From: Lentimicrobiaceae bacterium
GTDB taxonomy: Bacteria > Bacteroidota > Bacteroidia > Bacteroidales > UBA4417
Assembly (NCBI GenBank): GCA_031550085.1
Contig: JAVBOY010000002.1
Coordinates: 17,946 to 81,945, forward strand
DNA length: 64,000 nucleotides
Reading direction: 5' to 3'
The position numbers and the translations under genes were made by a program. Below are positions 20,266 through 28,458 of the stretch, one piece after another. Position 1 is the stretch's first letter. Each line of letters opens with the position of its first letter. The notes below the pieces were generated by a model, which was not told where the DNA came from, searched no databases, and saw nothing but the letters and a program-made list of their open reading frames with translations.

Positions 20266-21396
20266 CTAGCCAAAAACAGCTTCAATCAGCCTTTTTGCAT
20301 TGGTTTTGTCCGAAAACTGTGTTTTCAGCAAGTGTTGCCGCTCCACCAAAGTATATTGTTCGAATCGTTGGGAAAACAGGTAAATCAACGAAGCTTTCAA
20401 TTTGGCAGACGTATCGGCAATATGGCAAAGGTTGTGCAATTCGACGCCGGCAACCATCTCCGGATTGACCAATACAAAACGCCCATTGTAAAGCGTATTT
20501 AACAGTTTCAATTTCAATCCTGTCGGCTGAAAGGTAACCATTACGTGAACGTGCGCATTGCTCACCAATTCATCCATGCGCTCCTGCGAAGGATTGGCGA
20601 TCAGCGAGATGTTGTCATATTTATCAACGATTTTTTTCAATTTTTCCGGCGGCTTCATACCGGCAATTTTGAACGGAATATCCAAATCGTTAAAGACCTT
20701 TTTGATCAGGTACTCCGCTGCTTTATAATTTTCGGCAACCGATAGATTGCCATGGTACAAAGCGTAAGTTCCCGTTCCGGTTTTTGTTTTGACTTCTTCA
20801 TTCCCGTGAAAGCTGGGTAAATAAACGACTTTGTTGTGTTTGAATTTTTTACTCAGGTAAGCATAATCGGCTTCGGAAACGACGAGCATTTTAGTGGCAT
20901 GCTTCAATATGGATTGGTAAAAACGTAGTTTTGTCCCGGCAAACAGGAAATAGATTTTTGCAAAAGGGTTTCGTTCCGCTTTGAATAGGTGGTAATAATA
21001 GTGGTGTTCGATATTGCTTTCTCGATAAACACGTGTTCGGCCGGCCAGTTTGGGGTGATTCAAATAATAGCAGGAATGCAGCCCTTCAAACAGAATGGGA
21101 TAATCGTCTTGCAAAAGATTTTCCAACAATTTCTTCGATTTCCGGCTGGCAACAATGTACGGTTTGGTTGAGAAAAAAGAAGAGATTCCGGTCCGGCGCG
21201 GATAATAATTTACAGTTTCACAAATTTCATTCAATTCCGGCGCTTGTTCGCGGTCGTACTGAAAACAATGCAAATGAATTTTAATACCAGCCTTGTGCAG
21301 GGCAACCAATTTGTAGTACACGTCGATCACGCCGCCGTAATTGGCAGGGTAAGGAATAGTAAAAGAAACAATATGCAAATGGCGTTCTTCAGGCAT
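20266..21396 (-). CDS. GT-B fold glycosyltransferase (GT4/GT1-like)
   Basis: 376 aa with an N-terminal PYPANYGGVID motif and a C-terminal GT1-type domain. Overlaps the upstream glycosyltransferase gene by 8 nt. Confidence 0.7.
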   Translation of the reverse strand: MPEERHLHIVSFTIPYPANYGGVIDVYYKLVALHKAGIKIHLHCFQYDREQAPELNEICETVNYYPRRTGISSFFSTKPYIVASRKSKKLLENLLQDDYPILFEGLHSCYYLNHPKLAGRTRVYRESNIEHHYYYHLFKAERNPFAKIYFLFAGTKLRFYQSILKHATKMLVVSEADYAYLSKKFKHNKVVYLPSFHGNEEVKTKTGTGTYALYHGNLSVAENYKAAEYLIKKVFNDLDIPFKIAGMKPPEKLKKIVDKYDNISLIANPSQERMDELVSNAHVHVMVTFQPTGLKLKLLNTLYNGRFVLVNPEMVAGVELHNLCHIADTSAKLKASLIYLFSQRFEQYTLVERQHLLKTQFSDKTNAKRLIEAVFG

Positions 21397-22510
21397 ATTT
21401 TGAAAAAATTTCTACCAACACTTGCTTTTCTTTTTCCCAGGTTAATTCTTGCTTGGCCTTTGTCAATCCTGCTTCCCAGATTTTCCGTTTCGTTTCGTTT
21501 TCCAACATCCCGGTAATCTTTTCGGCGATATGTTGGGGCGAATGGTTCTCAATGCAATCGCCGATCTGATACTCCTCCACGATCCGTTTTACTTCGACCA
21601 AAGGCGATACCAATACCGGAATCCCCGCATGGATATAGTCAAATAATTTATTGGGCAACGAAAAACGGTAGTTCAGGTTGGTGTCTTTGTCCAACGAAAG
21701 TCCCAGATCGGCGTTGGCCGTGTAAGCAAACAATTTCTCCGGCGTTTGCTTGGGGATAAATAGCACTTGATCGTTCAGTTTCAACTGGTTTACTCTTGTT
21801 TTCAACAGCAGAACCACATCCCCATTGCCTACAATCAGCAATAAAGCATCCGTTACAAATTGCATGGCTTCCACGGCTTCTTCGGCTCCACGCTGAATGT
21901 TGATTCCGGCCCCTTGTAAAATCACGATTTTTTTATCTTCGGGTAACCCCAATTCCTTTCGTGACGGCAAATACGAGATGGTACGGGTCGGTGGAATATT
22001 CCGCACCACTTTGAAATCAACCCCATATTCTTGTTTGAACAAATGAGCAATGGAACGGTTCACCGTAATGCAATCACGCAAATGGGGCACAATCCACTTT
22101 TCAATGTGTTTCCAGGTGCTTTTCACAAAAGGCCGGTGTATGACTTCGGGCGTTTCGGTAAAATACTCGTGGCTGTCAAAAACAAGCTTGGCCGATTTCA
22201 ATCCCCCTGCCAAAAAATTGGGTAACAGAGTATCCAAATCGTTGCTGAGCAGCAAGTCTGTTCTTGAGCCCAACAAATAAAAGAACAAGCGGAGGTTGTA
22301 TTCGGCATAAAACAGAAATCCTTTTTCAAAAATCAACCGCATCCGGTGCATTTCGTAATTGCGTTCCGGCAAAGGGATGCTGTCGCGCTTTTCGCGCCCG
22401 ACCAAGGTCACTTCAAAGCCCAAATCGACCAATACCCGAGCCGACTTGTCGACCCGTTGGTCGGTTACCAAATCGTTGATGACCGAAATAATTGCTCTTT
22501 TCTTGGGCAT
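21389..22510 (-). CDS. GT-B fold glycosyltransferase (GT4-like)
   Basis: 373 aa. The C-terminal half has a PNKLFDYIHAGIPVL-type EX7E-like region. Shares an operon with 20266-21396. Confidence 0.7.
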   Translation of the reverse strand: MPKKRAIISVINDLVTDQRVDKSARVLVDLGFEVTLVGREKRDSIPLPERNYEMHRMRLIFEKGFLFYAEYNLRLFFYLLGSRTDLLLSNDLDTLLPNFLAGGLKSAKLVFDSHEYFTETPEVIHRPFVKSTWKHIEKWIVPHLRDCITVNRSIAHLFKQEYGVDFKVVRNIPPTRTISYLPSRKELGLPEDKKIVILQGAGINIQRGAEEAVEAMQFVTDALLLIVGNGDVVLLLKTRVNQLKLNDQVLFIPKQTPEKLFAYTANADLGLSLDKDTNLNYRFSLPNKLFDYIHAGIPVLVSPLVEVKRIVEEYQIGDCIENHSPQHIAEKITGMLENETKRKIWEAGLTKAKQELTWEKEKQVLVEIFSKYA

Positions 22511-22566
22511 ATCTGTTTTTAATCATGCGAAATTAGCGAATTTTGCACACTAAAATTTTTGTTTTG

Positions 22567-23586
22567 ATGATTTCTTTGCTCGAAAACATTTCGCTAAAAC
22601 CTTTCAATACCTTTGGAATTGATGCATCGGCACGTTATTTTGTCGAAATCCATTCGGATGCTGACTTGCAGGAATTAATCGCCGACGGTTTCTTGAAAAA
22701 CCGTTTGCATTTGATTTTGGGAGGCGGAAGCAATGTCTTGTTTACCTCCGATTTCCAAGGAATTGTATTGAAAACCGTACAAAAAGGCATTGCGATCTTG
22801 GAAGAGACGGCGGAATATGTTTGGGTGGAAGCGGCTGCAGGCGAAGTGTGGCAGGATTTTGTGCTTTGGGCGGTAGAACGGAATTACGGCGGCATCGAAA
22901 ATTTATCGCTGATTCCCGGCTGTGTCGGCGCCTCTCCGATTCAAAACATCGGAGCTTACGGCGTGGAAGCCAAAGATACCATCCGCCGGGTGAACGCCTT
23001 GGAATTGCGGACCGGGAAAAAGCATGTTTTCGAAAACAGGGAATGTCGTTTCGGTTACCGGGACAGCATTTTCAAAAAAGAATTAAAGGGAGAATTGATG
23101 ATCGATTCGGTGGTGTTCGAACTTTCTAAAAATCCGGTAATAAACACCGACTATGGCGCCATCCGAAACGAATTGGAAAAGAAAGGAATTAAAAATCCTT
23201 CCATCAAAGACATCAGCGAGCTTATTTGTGAAATCCGTACTGCAAAATTGCCCGATCCGGCCGCCATCGGCAATGCCGGGAGTTTTTTTAAAAACCCGCT
23301 GGTCAACGCCCAAAAAGTGGATGAGCTGAAACAAACCTATCCCAATCTGGTAACCTATCCCCAACCGGACGGAACGGTAAAGCTGGCTGCCGGCTGGCTG
23401 ATCGAGCAATGCAACTGGAAAGGTTATAAAAACAACCAGGTAGGCGTTCATCCCAAACAAGCCCTGATACTGGTGAATTACCAAAATGCTTCGGGCCTGG
23501 AAGTCATTTCGCTGGCCGGGGAAATTCAGCAGTCGGTACGCGAAAAATTTGCGATCGACCTGGAAATGGAAGTAAATGTGTACTAA
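22567..23586 (+). CDS. murB: UDP-N-acetylenolpyruvoylglucosamine reductase
   Basis: Colinear with E. coli-type MurB: SLKPFNTFGI, GGGSNVLF, IPGCVGASPIQNIGAYGVE, CRFGYRDSIFK, NAGSFFKNP, AAGWLIEQC. The ATG at 22567 is preferred to the TTG at 22543. Confidence 0.92.
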   Translation: MISLLENISLKPFNTFGIDASARYFVEIHSDADLQELIADGFLKNRLHLILGGGSNVLFTSDFQGIVLKTVQKGIAILEETAEYVWVEAAAGEVWQDFVLWAVERNYGGIENLSLIPGCVGASPIQNIGAYGVEAKDTIRRVNALELRTGKKHVFENRECRFGYRDSIFKKELKGELMIDSVVFELSKNPVINTDYGAIRNELEKKGIKNPSIKDISELICEIRTAKLPDPAAIGNAGSFFKNPLVNAQKVDELKQTYPNLVTYPQPDGTVKLAAGWLIEQCNWKGYKNNQVGVHPKQALILVNYQNASGLEVISLAGEIQQSVREKFAIDLEMEVNVY

Positions 23587-24674
23587 ACGAAATTTTCTCC
23601 TTTTTCCGCACGTACGGTTTCCACAAACGTTTTGATCCGTTGTTCGTCCGACTTACGGCAAATCAGCAAGGTTCCCGCATCTTCCACCACGATGTAATCA
23701 TTCAACCCCTGAATAATGGCCACCTTTCCGTCGGGAAGGTTGATGATGCTGTTTTCCGTATCGAAGGTGAACACGCTGTCGCCGATCAGGGCGTTCCGGT
23801 GTTCGTTCTTTTCGCTGTTATCATATAAAGAGCCCCAGGTTCCCAAATCGCTCCAACCGAAATCGGCGGGAATCACATATACATTATCCGATTTTTCCAT
23901 AATGCCGTAATCGATCGAAATGCTTTGGCATTGCGAGTAAACGGTGCTGATGGCGGCGGCTTCGTTCGGGGTGTAAAATTCGTTTTTAATTTCGGAAAAT
24001 AAGGCGTTGACATCGGGCAAATGCCGGTCGAAGGCTTTCAAAATGCTTTGCAGCGACCAGATAAAAATTCCGGAATTCCACAGGAAATCGCCGCTTTGAA
24101 CGAATGAAACAGCCAGATCGTATTGCGGTTTTTCGGTGAAAGTGACCACCTTACGGGCGCAATTTTCAAATCCGAAAAGTTCGTTTTCCTTGAATTGAAT
24201 GTATCCATAACCTGTTTCGGGACGGCTGGGCTTGATGCCCAAAGTCAGCAGGCAATCGCTTATGGAAGAGGTTTCCAGTGCGGCCGTAAGTACTTGTGTG
24301 AAAACATCTTCTTTTAAAATGATGTGATCGGACGGAGCCACCACAATTTTTGCATCGGGATTAAGTTTTGCGATTTTGTGGCAGGCATACGCAATGCAAG
24401 GCGCCGTGTTGCGGCGCATGGGTTCGCAAAGCACATGGTCGGCCTTCATTTGCGGCAGTTGTTCCAGTACTTGGTCCTTGTACATTTCGTGGGTAACCAC
24501 AAAAATATTTTCAGGAGGACAAACGGTGGTCAAACGGCGGAAAGTTTGCTGGATCAATGTTTCGCCGGCACCAAAAATATCAATAAATTGCTTGGGGCGT
24601 GAAATGCGGCTCAAGGGCCAAAAGCGGGCGCCCACGCCACCGGCCATAATAATGCTATAGTGATTTTTATTCAT
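23583..24674 (-). CDS. manC: Mannose-1-phosphate guanylyltransferase (nucleotidyltransferase domain only)
   Basis: IIMAGGVGARFWPLSRISRPKQF; 363 aa with no C-terminal isomerase/cupin domain. Confidence 0.8.
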   Translation of the reverse strand: MNKNHYSIIMAGGVGARFWPLSRISRPKQFIDIFGAGETLIQQTFRRLTTVCPPENIFVVTHEMYKDQVLEQLPQMKADHVLCEPMRRNTAPCIAYACHKIAKLNPDAKIVVAPSDHIILKEDVFTQVLTAALETSSISDCLLTLGIKPSRPETGYGYIQFKENELFGFENCARKVVTFTEKPQYDLAVSFVQSGDFLWNSGIFIWSLQSILKAFDRHLPDVNALFSEIKNEFYTPNEAAAISTVYSQCQSISIDYGIMEKSDNVYVIPADFGWSDLGTWGSLYDNSEKNEHRNALIGDSVFTFDTENSIINLPDGKVAIIQGLNDYIVVEDAGTLLICRKSDEQRIKTFVETVRAEKGENFV

Positions 24675-24857
24675 GTAAAAAGTCTATAAAAAAGGATAAT
24701 ATGTTTTTGGATTCCATTCCGGCACAAAAATAGGAAAACAAAATCAATGTGCAAATGAATGCGGAAAGCACGGGGAAAGAAAGCGCGAACGTAGAAGGAT
24801 GTGTAGTCTTTTACAAATAAAAGATATTTTTTATTCGGATGATCTTTTCGTTTTTAT

Positions 24858-24865
24858 TATATTTG
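24858..24865 (+). promoter_or_regulatory. Candidate Bacteroidota -7 promoter box (TATATTTG)
   Basis: Exact match to TAnnTTTG. No convincing coding sequence lies downstream for about 580 nt. Confidence 0.3.
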
Positions 24866-25451
24866 CGACTTAAGAATAAGTGGTTTATACAATGAACCGT
24901 TATTTGCTACATACCGACTTTAGTACCTTTGCAACACAAAACTGCAACAAAGGTCATGTCATGCAAGATCCTATCATGGCTTGTTTTTTTCTATCCCCTC
25001 TCTACACCCAACCAGTTTTACTTTCATCTCTTTTTTTGATTAAAACAAGCATACTTGGCTTGTCTTCCTATATTAGCACATTTGACAAACATTTTTTACT
25101 GAGGAAAAACAATTTTGAACTGAAAAGCTCTGGGTGGCAATCGTTAACGAGTAGAATAGTAAACAATTCTGCACCCAGTGGCAAAAAATATTTTTGATGT
25201 ACCGAGCCTCGCAAGCTTGTGCACATAAAAAAAGCCTTCCTTGCAGGCTATAAATGCAAGGTAAAATAGTAGACGCTATACAAACCGGATTTACAAACCC
25301 AAATACAAGAAAGGCGTAGCAAAGGTACAAGAAATTGCCGGAAAAAGCAGTTTGCCTTGAAACGGCACGTGGTGATTGCATCCGTTGGTGCAGTTTTTAA
25401 GCAGTCCATGTAAATAAACGCGTATTTTTTTTACTTAAAAATCATTTTATT

Positions 25452-25667
25452 ATGAAAAAGATTAATAAAAAGCTGCAATTAAATAAGGAAACGATTGCAA
25501 GACTGGAAAATCCAGATAAGATTAAGGGTGGAGTAGAATTCACTAAAACCTGCACCGATACGAAAAGCAATGCTTCATATTGTTGTCCTGCTTCACAAGA
25601 ATGTTCCTTTGGAGCGACTCAGTGTAATCCGCTTACTTTTCAAGAGTATTGCTTCACAGATAATTAA
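25452..25667 (+). CDS. RiPP precursor peptide with a double-glycine leader and a Cys/Ser/Thr-rich (lanthipeptide-like) core
   Basis: Leader is MKKINKKLQLNKETIARLENPDKIKGG. The 44-aa core VEFTKTCTDTKSNASYCCPASQECSFGATQCNPLTFQEYCFTDN has 6 Cys and 11 Ser/Thr. The leader shape (MKK, KLxLNKETIxxL, GG) is the Bacteroidota natural-product precursor type. Confidence 0.75.
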   Translation: MKKINKKLQLNKETIARLENPDKIKGGVEFTKTCTDTKSNASYCCPASQECSFGATQCNPLTFQEYCFTDN

Positions 25668-25671
25668 TAAA

Positions 25672-25713
25672 AAGGGTTTCCCAATGGCACGATGCCATTG
25701 GGAAACCCTTTTT
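25672..25713 (+). terminator. Strong intrinsic terminator immediately after the precursor gene
   Basis: AAGGGTTTCCCAATGGCA at 25672-25689 pairs with TGCCATTGGGAAACCCTT at 25693-25710 (18-bp perfect stem, 3-nt loop), running into TTTTT. Confidence 0.85.
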
Positions 25714-25738
25714 CGAAACCATATAACAAATCCATATT

Positions 25739-27076
25739 ATGTCAAGTATCGGCTGCAAACTGTCACTTTTCGTTGTTTTAATAATATCCGCAAGTTTTGT
25801 CTACTCGCAGGGATTTGTCCAAGTTACAGGCTGTACGCTATTTTACGACTATCCTGTTGAAGGTGTAAATATTGCGATTGACGGACAGCCAGCTTTCGCA
25901 AAAACCGATTCGAAAGGATTTTTCAGCGTTCAGATTCCCAACAAGCCGCTTACGCTTGTGTTTTCGCATGTGAGCGGCAAAACCAAAAAAGTGAAAATAA
26001 CGGCTTCGATGTTGAGAAAACAAAACGCAGAAAATATTCTTAATTTGGGAAATATCGAAATTGAACTAAAGATTAACGAATTGGAAACCGTCCAAGTAGT
26101 TTCATCCCGAATTGAAAAAGCATACAACAAACCCGAAGCTTGGATATTGGATTACGAAATTGTAAATGGCAACTTGGCTTTGTTGCTTCTCGAAGACAAA
26201 AAACGGCTGATTCGTGCGGTAAATCTCAAAGACAGTACGCTTTTTGAAATACGCACCAAGAAAAAATACCGCAGTTTGTACAAAGATTTTGCAGGAAATT
26301 TACATGCTTTGGCAAGCGATTCGATTTTCCAGTTATTTCCTGATTTTTCGGATTGCTATGCTTATCCTATTTCACGTTACCACGAGCAATTGAAACATTG
26401 TGTCATTAATACGGACAATAGTATGTACCTGCAACTTTTTGGAGATTTCAACCAACAGGTAAACTATTTTAAAGTGGACAAAAAAAGTGGCAAACGCACT
26501 GTTTTAGCAACAGCTTTCGATGAACAGCAAGCCATCTACAATCAAGGGTTTTTATATTATGAAATTCTGGGAAAAAAACCAAAAACGAGCTATTCAAAAG
26601 GATTTATTTTTGACCCCGACCAAATTGACGAACTTTTGGATGCAAATAGGAGTTGGAAAATCCAATATTTTTCAAAAATACTCTGCCGCCCCACCTACCA
26701 GCCTCTAAAACGTATTGGTGATAATCTATATTTATTCAATCATTTGGAAAACAAAATTATCCGCTTTGATTTGGATGGAAACGAACTGGCTGAAATACCT
26801 GCCAATTACGCAAAAGTCGATAAATCGTGGGCAAACGAAATTATTGTAAACGAAGAAGAAACCCGTTGTTTTGCCAAATTCATAAACACCGGTATTGTTA
26901 CACTTAAAGAAATTGACTTGGAAACCGGAAGAATCAAAAATACATTCAAAATCGAACAACATATTTTTCCTGAAAAAATCCGGATTCAAAATAACGAAGT
27001 GTATTATCTCTACCGGGATTATAAAAAGCAAGACCGCAACGAACGCTGCTATTTGTGGAAACAAAAAATGGAATAA
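25739..27076 (+). CDS. Secreted hypothetical protein with a carboxypeptidase-regulatory-like (TonB-receptor-N-terminus-like) domain and an unknown C-terminal region of about 310 aa
   Basis: Signal peptide MSSIGCKLSLFVVLIISASFVYSQ. VTGCTLFYDYPVEGVNIAIDGQPAFAKTDSKGFFSVQIP resembles CarboxypepD_reg. I recognise nothing in the remainder. Confidence 0.6.
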   Translation: MSSIGCKLSLFVVLIISASFVYSQGFVQVTGCTLFYDYPVEGVNIAIDGQPAFAKTDSKGFFSVQIPNKPLTLVFSHVSGKTKKVKITASMLRKQNAENILNLGNIEIELKINELETVQVVSSRIEKAYNKPEAWILDYEIVNGNLALLLLEDKKRLIRAVNLKDSTLFEIRTKKKYRSLYKDFAGNLHALASDSIFQLFPDFSDCYAYPISRYHEQLKHCVINTDNSMYLQLFGDFNQQVNYFKVDKKSGKRTVLATAFDEQQAIYNQGFLYYEILGKKPKTSYSKGFIFDPDQIDELLDANRSWKIQYFSKILCRPTYQPLKRIGDNLYLFNHLENKIIRFDLDGNELAEIPANYAKVDKSWANEIIVNEEETRCFAKFINTGIVTLKEIDLETGRIKNTFKIEQHIFPEKIRIQNNEVYYLYRDYKKQDRNERCYLWKQKME

Positions 27077-27084
27077 ATGAATGA

Positions 27085-27336
27085 TGTTGCAGCATACCAA
27101 ACCAAGCTGGGTACAATCGCCGCTTACCTGAGTTCAGACAGGTTGCCGACTATTGGTTTTCCGAAACTCTGAAAATGGCACGGTTTGACGATGGGTTGGC
27201 CGGGTATAAGGCCTTGCATACCGAGATGGAAAACGAATACGGCATCTTGGAAGGTGTTGCAGGAATCGGTTTGGCTCTGCTATCCTATGTTACTGAAACG
27301 GAGCCCACGTGGGATGAGTGCTTATTGCTAAGCTAA
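27085..27336 (+). pseudogene. Remnant of a LanC-like lanthionine cyclase gene (C-terminal ~83 codons only)
   Basis: The open frame has no start and reads ...RQVADYWFSETLKMARFDDGLAGYKALHTEMENEYGILEGVAGIGLALLSYVTETEPTWDECLLLS*. The G-hydrophobic-x-G-x-AGIGLALL...W...LLL ending is the usual LanC C-terminus. The frame is closed by TGA at 27082-27084 just after the preceding gene. Confidence 0.55.
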
Positions 27337-27468
27337 AAAAGCAGAAAACGACATGACTGAAACAGAACGAACTCCGCAAAAACGACAAACTACAAGCCTT
27401 TCGGCTCCTTTGTGTTTCGTACCATGCACTTCTTTTGCGGAGTTTGCAAAGAATAGCGACGACTTAAT

Positions 27469-28128
27469 TTATCCCTGTCCTGTTTCCGGAATTATTTCCA
27501 TTTGCCCTGAAACCAAGTAAAGCCGTCCGGTTTCAACGCATTGGCATTTGAAACGTGTGCGCTGTTTTTCCAATTTCAAAAATTGCCTTCCCGACAAGTT
27601 TTTAAAAACAGCGTTTTCGGCTATATCTGCAACCACATAGCGTGCGCCTTTGCCATCGAGTTTGTGCAATATCGTTAGAAGTTTTGGATGACGGTGCGAA
27701 GCGCTAACAGCAGCCGATAAGTTATTTTGCAAAAATGAATTTAATTCCGGTGGCAAAATCTGTTTTTCAACAATGGCATGCAACATGCCGCTGAATATTT
27801 CTTTCCACTCGGATCCGTGTGGTTTTACAGCGTTTTTGTAATTGTTCCAAACCAACAAATGAGCCAGCTCGTGCATAAACACAAGAAAAAAAGTATATTT
27901 ACCCAAATCGCCATTCATGACGATTTTGTGTGGCAGCTTTGTATTTCTAATGTTGGGAATAAAAGTCCCTAACTGCACTTTGCGCGGATTGCCGATGTGC
28001 AAACGGAAAAATGATTTTCGAAAGCAAGAAACCACTATTTCGATAGTTTCCAAAGGAAAATATTTTTCGAGGATTTTTATATCGGAGTCTGTCATCCTTT
28101 TCAACAGTTTTTTACACAATAAACCCAT
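27469..28128 (-). CDS. SprT-like zinc metalloprotease domain protein
   Basis: Contains the HExxH motif in FLVFMHELAHLLVW and a C-terminal Cys-containing tail (FKCQCVETG). The start is uncertain: ATG at 28128 or 28095, and the track TTG at 28134. Confidence 0.65.
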   Translation of the reverse strand: MGLLCKKLLKRMTDSDIKILEKYFPLETIEIVVSCFRKSFFRLHIGNPRKVQLGTFIPNIRNTKLPHKIVMNGDLGKYTFFLVFMHELAHLLVWNNYKNAVKPHGSEWKEIFSGMLHAIVEKQILPPELNSFLQNNLSAAVSASHRHPKLLTILHKLDGKGARYVVADIAENAVFKNLSGRQFLKLEKQRTRFKCQCVETGRLYLVSGQMEIIPETGQG

Positions 28129-28330
28129 TTGCAAACGGCAAAGGTATTTTTATTTACTTTATGTTTTTTAATGCCTCAAAATGAAATTATATGCCATAAA
28201 AAAGTCTTCTATTCTCAAAAGAATCAAGGAGTTTTGTCAAACTTGTCCTTAAAAAAACTAGTTGCGCGAAGCAATCAAAATTTCGAGCATTTTGATAACG
28301 CAATTTTCACATTGCCAAGATTTTTTTTAA

Positions 28331-28359
28331 TTTGCATATCAAATTTGTTTTTATATTTG
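28331..28359 (+). promoter_or_regulatory. Candidate Bacteroidota promoter for the ABC pair (-33 TTTG, -7 TATATTTG)
   Basis: TTTG lies at 28331-28334 and TATATTTG at 28352-28359, with a 17-nt spacer. It sits about 100 nt upstream of the ATG at 28459. Confidence 0.4.
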
Positions 28360-28458
28360 GCCGTGCAATTCAGATAAAATCATAAACAAAGAAGCGATTA
28401 CACGTTTTTGGAGCACATAAAATAGGAATAAAATTCCTTAATTAACATAATAGTTATT

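Noticed and set aside
24880-25381. ORFs 24880-25197 (+) and 25073-25381 (-) in the gap upstream of the precursor gene
   Set aside because: They overlap each other on opposite strands. One starts with GTG, both are Phe/Leu/Ser/Cys-rich with no motifs, and the region looks non-coding or decayed.
27077-27172. 31-codon ATG ORF starting right after the 445-aa gene stop
   Set aside because: It is short and overlaps the lanC-like frame in a different frame. It is most simply explained as debris from the truncated lanC gene.
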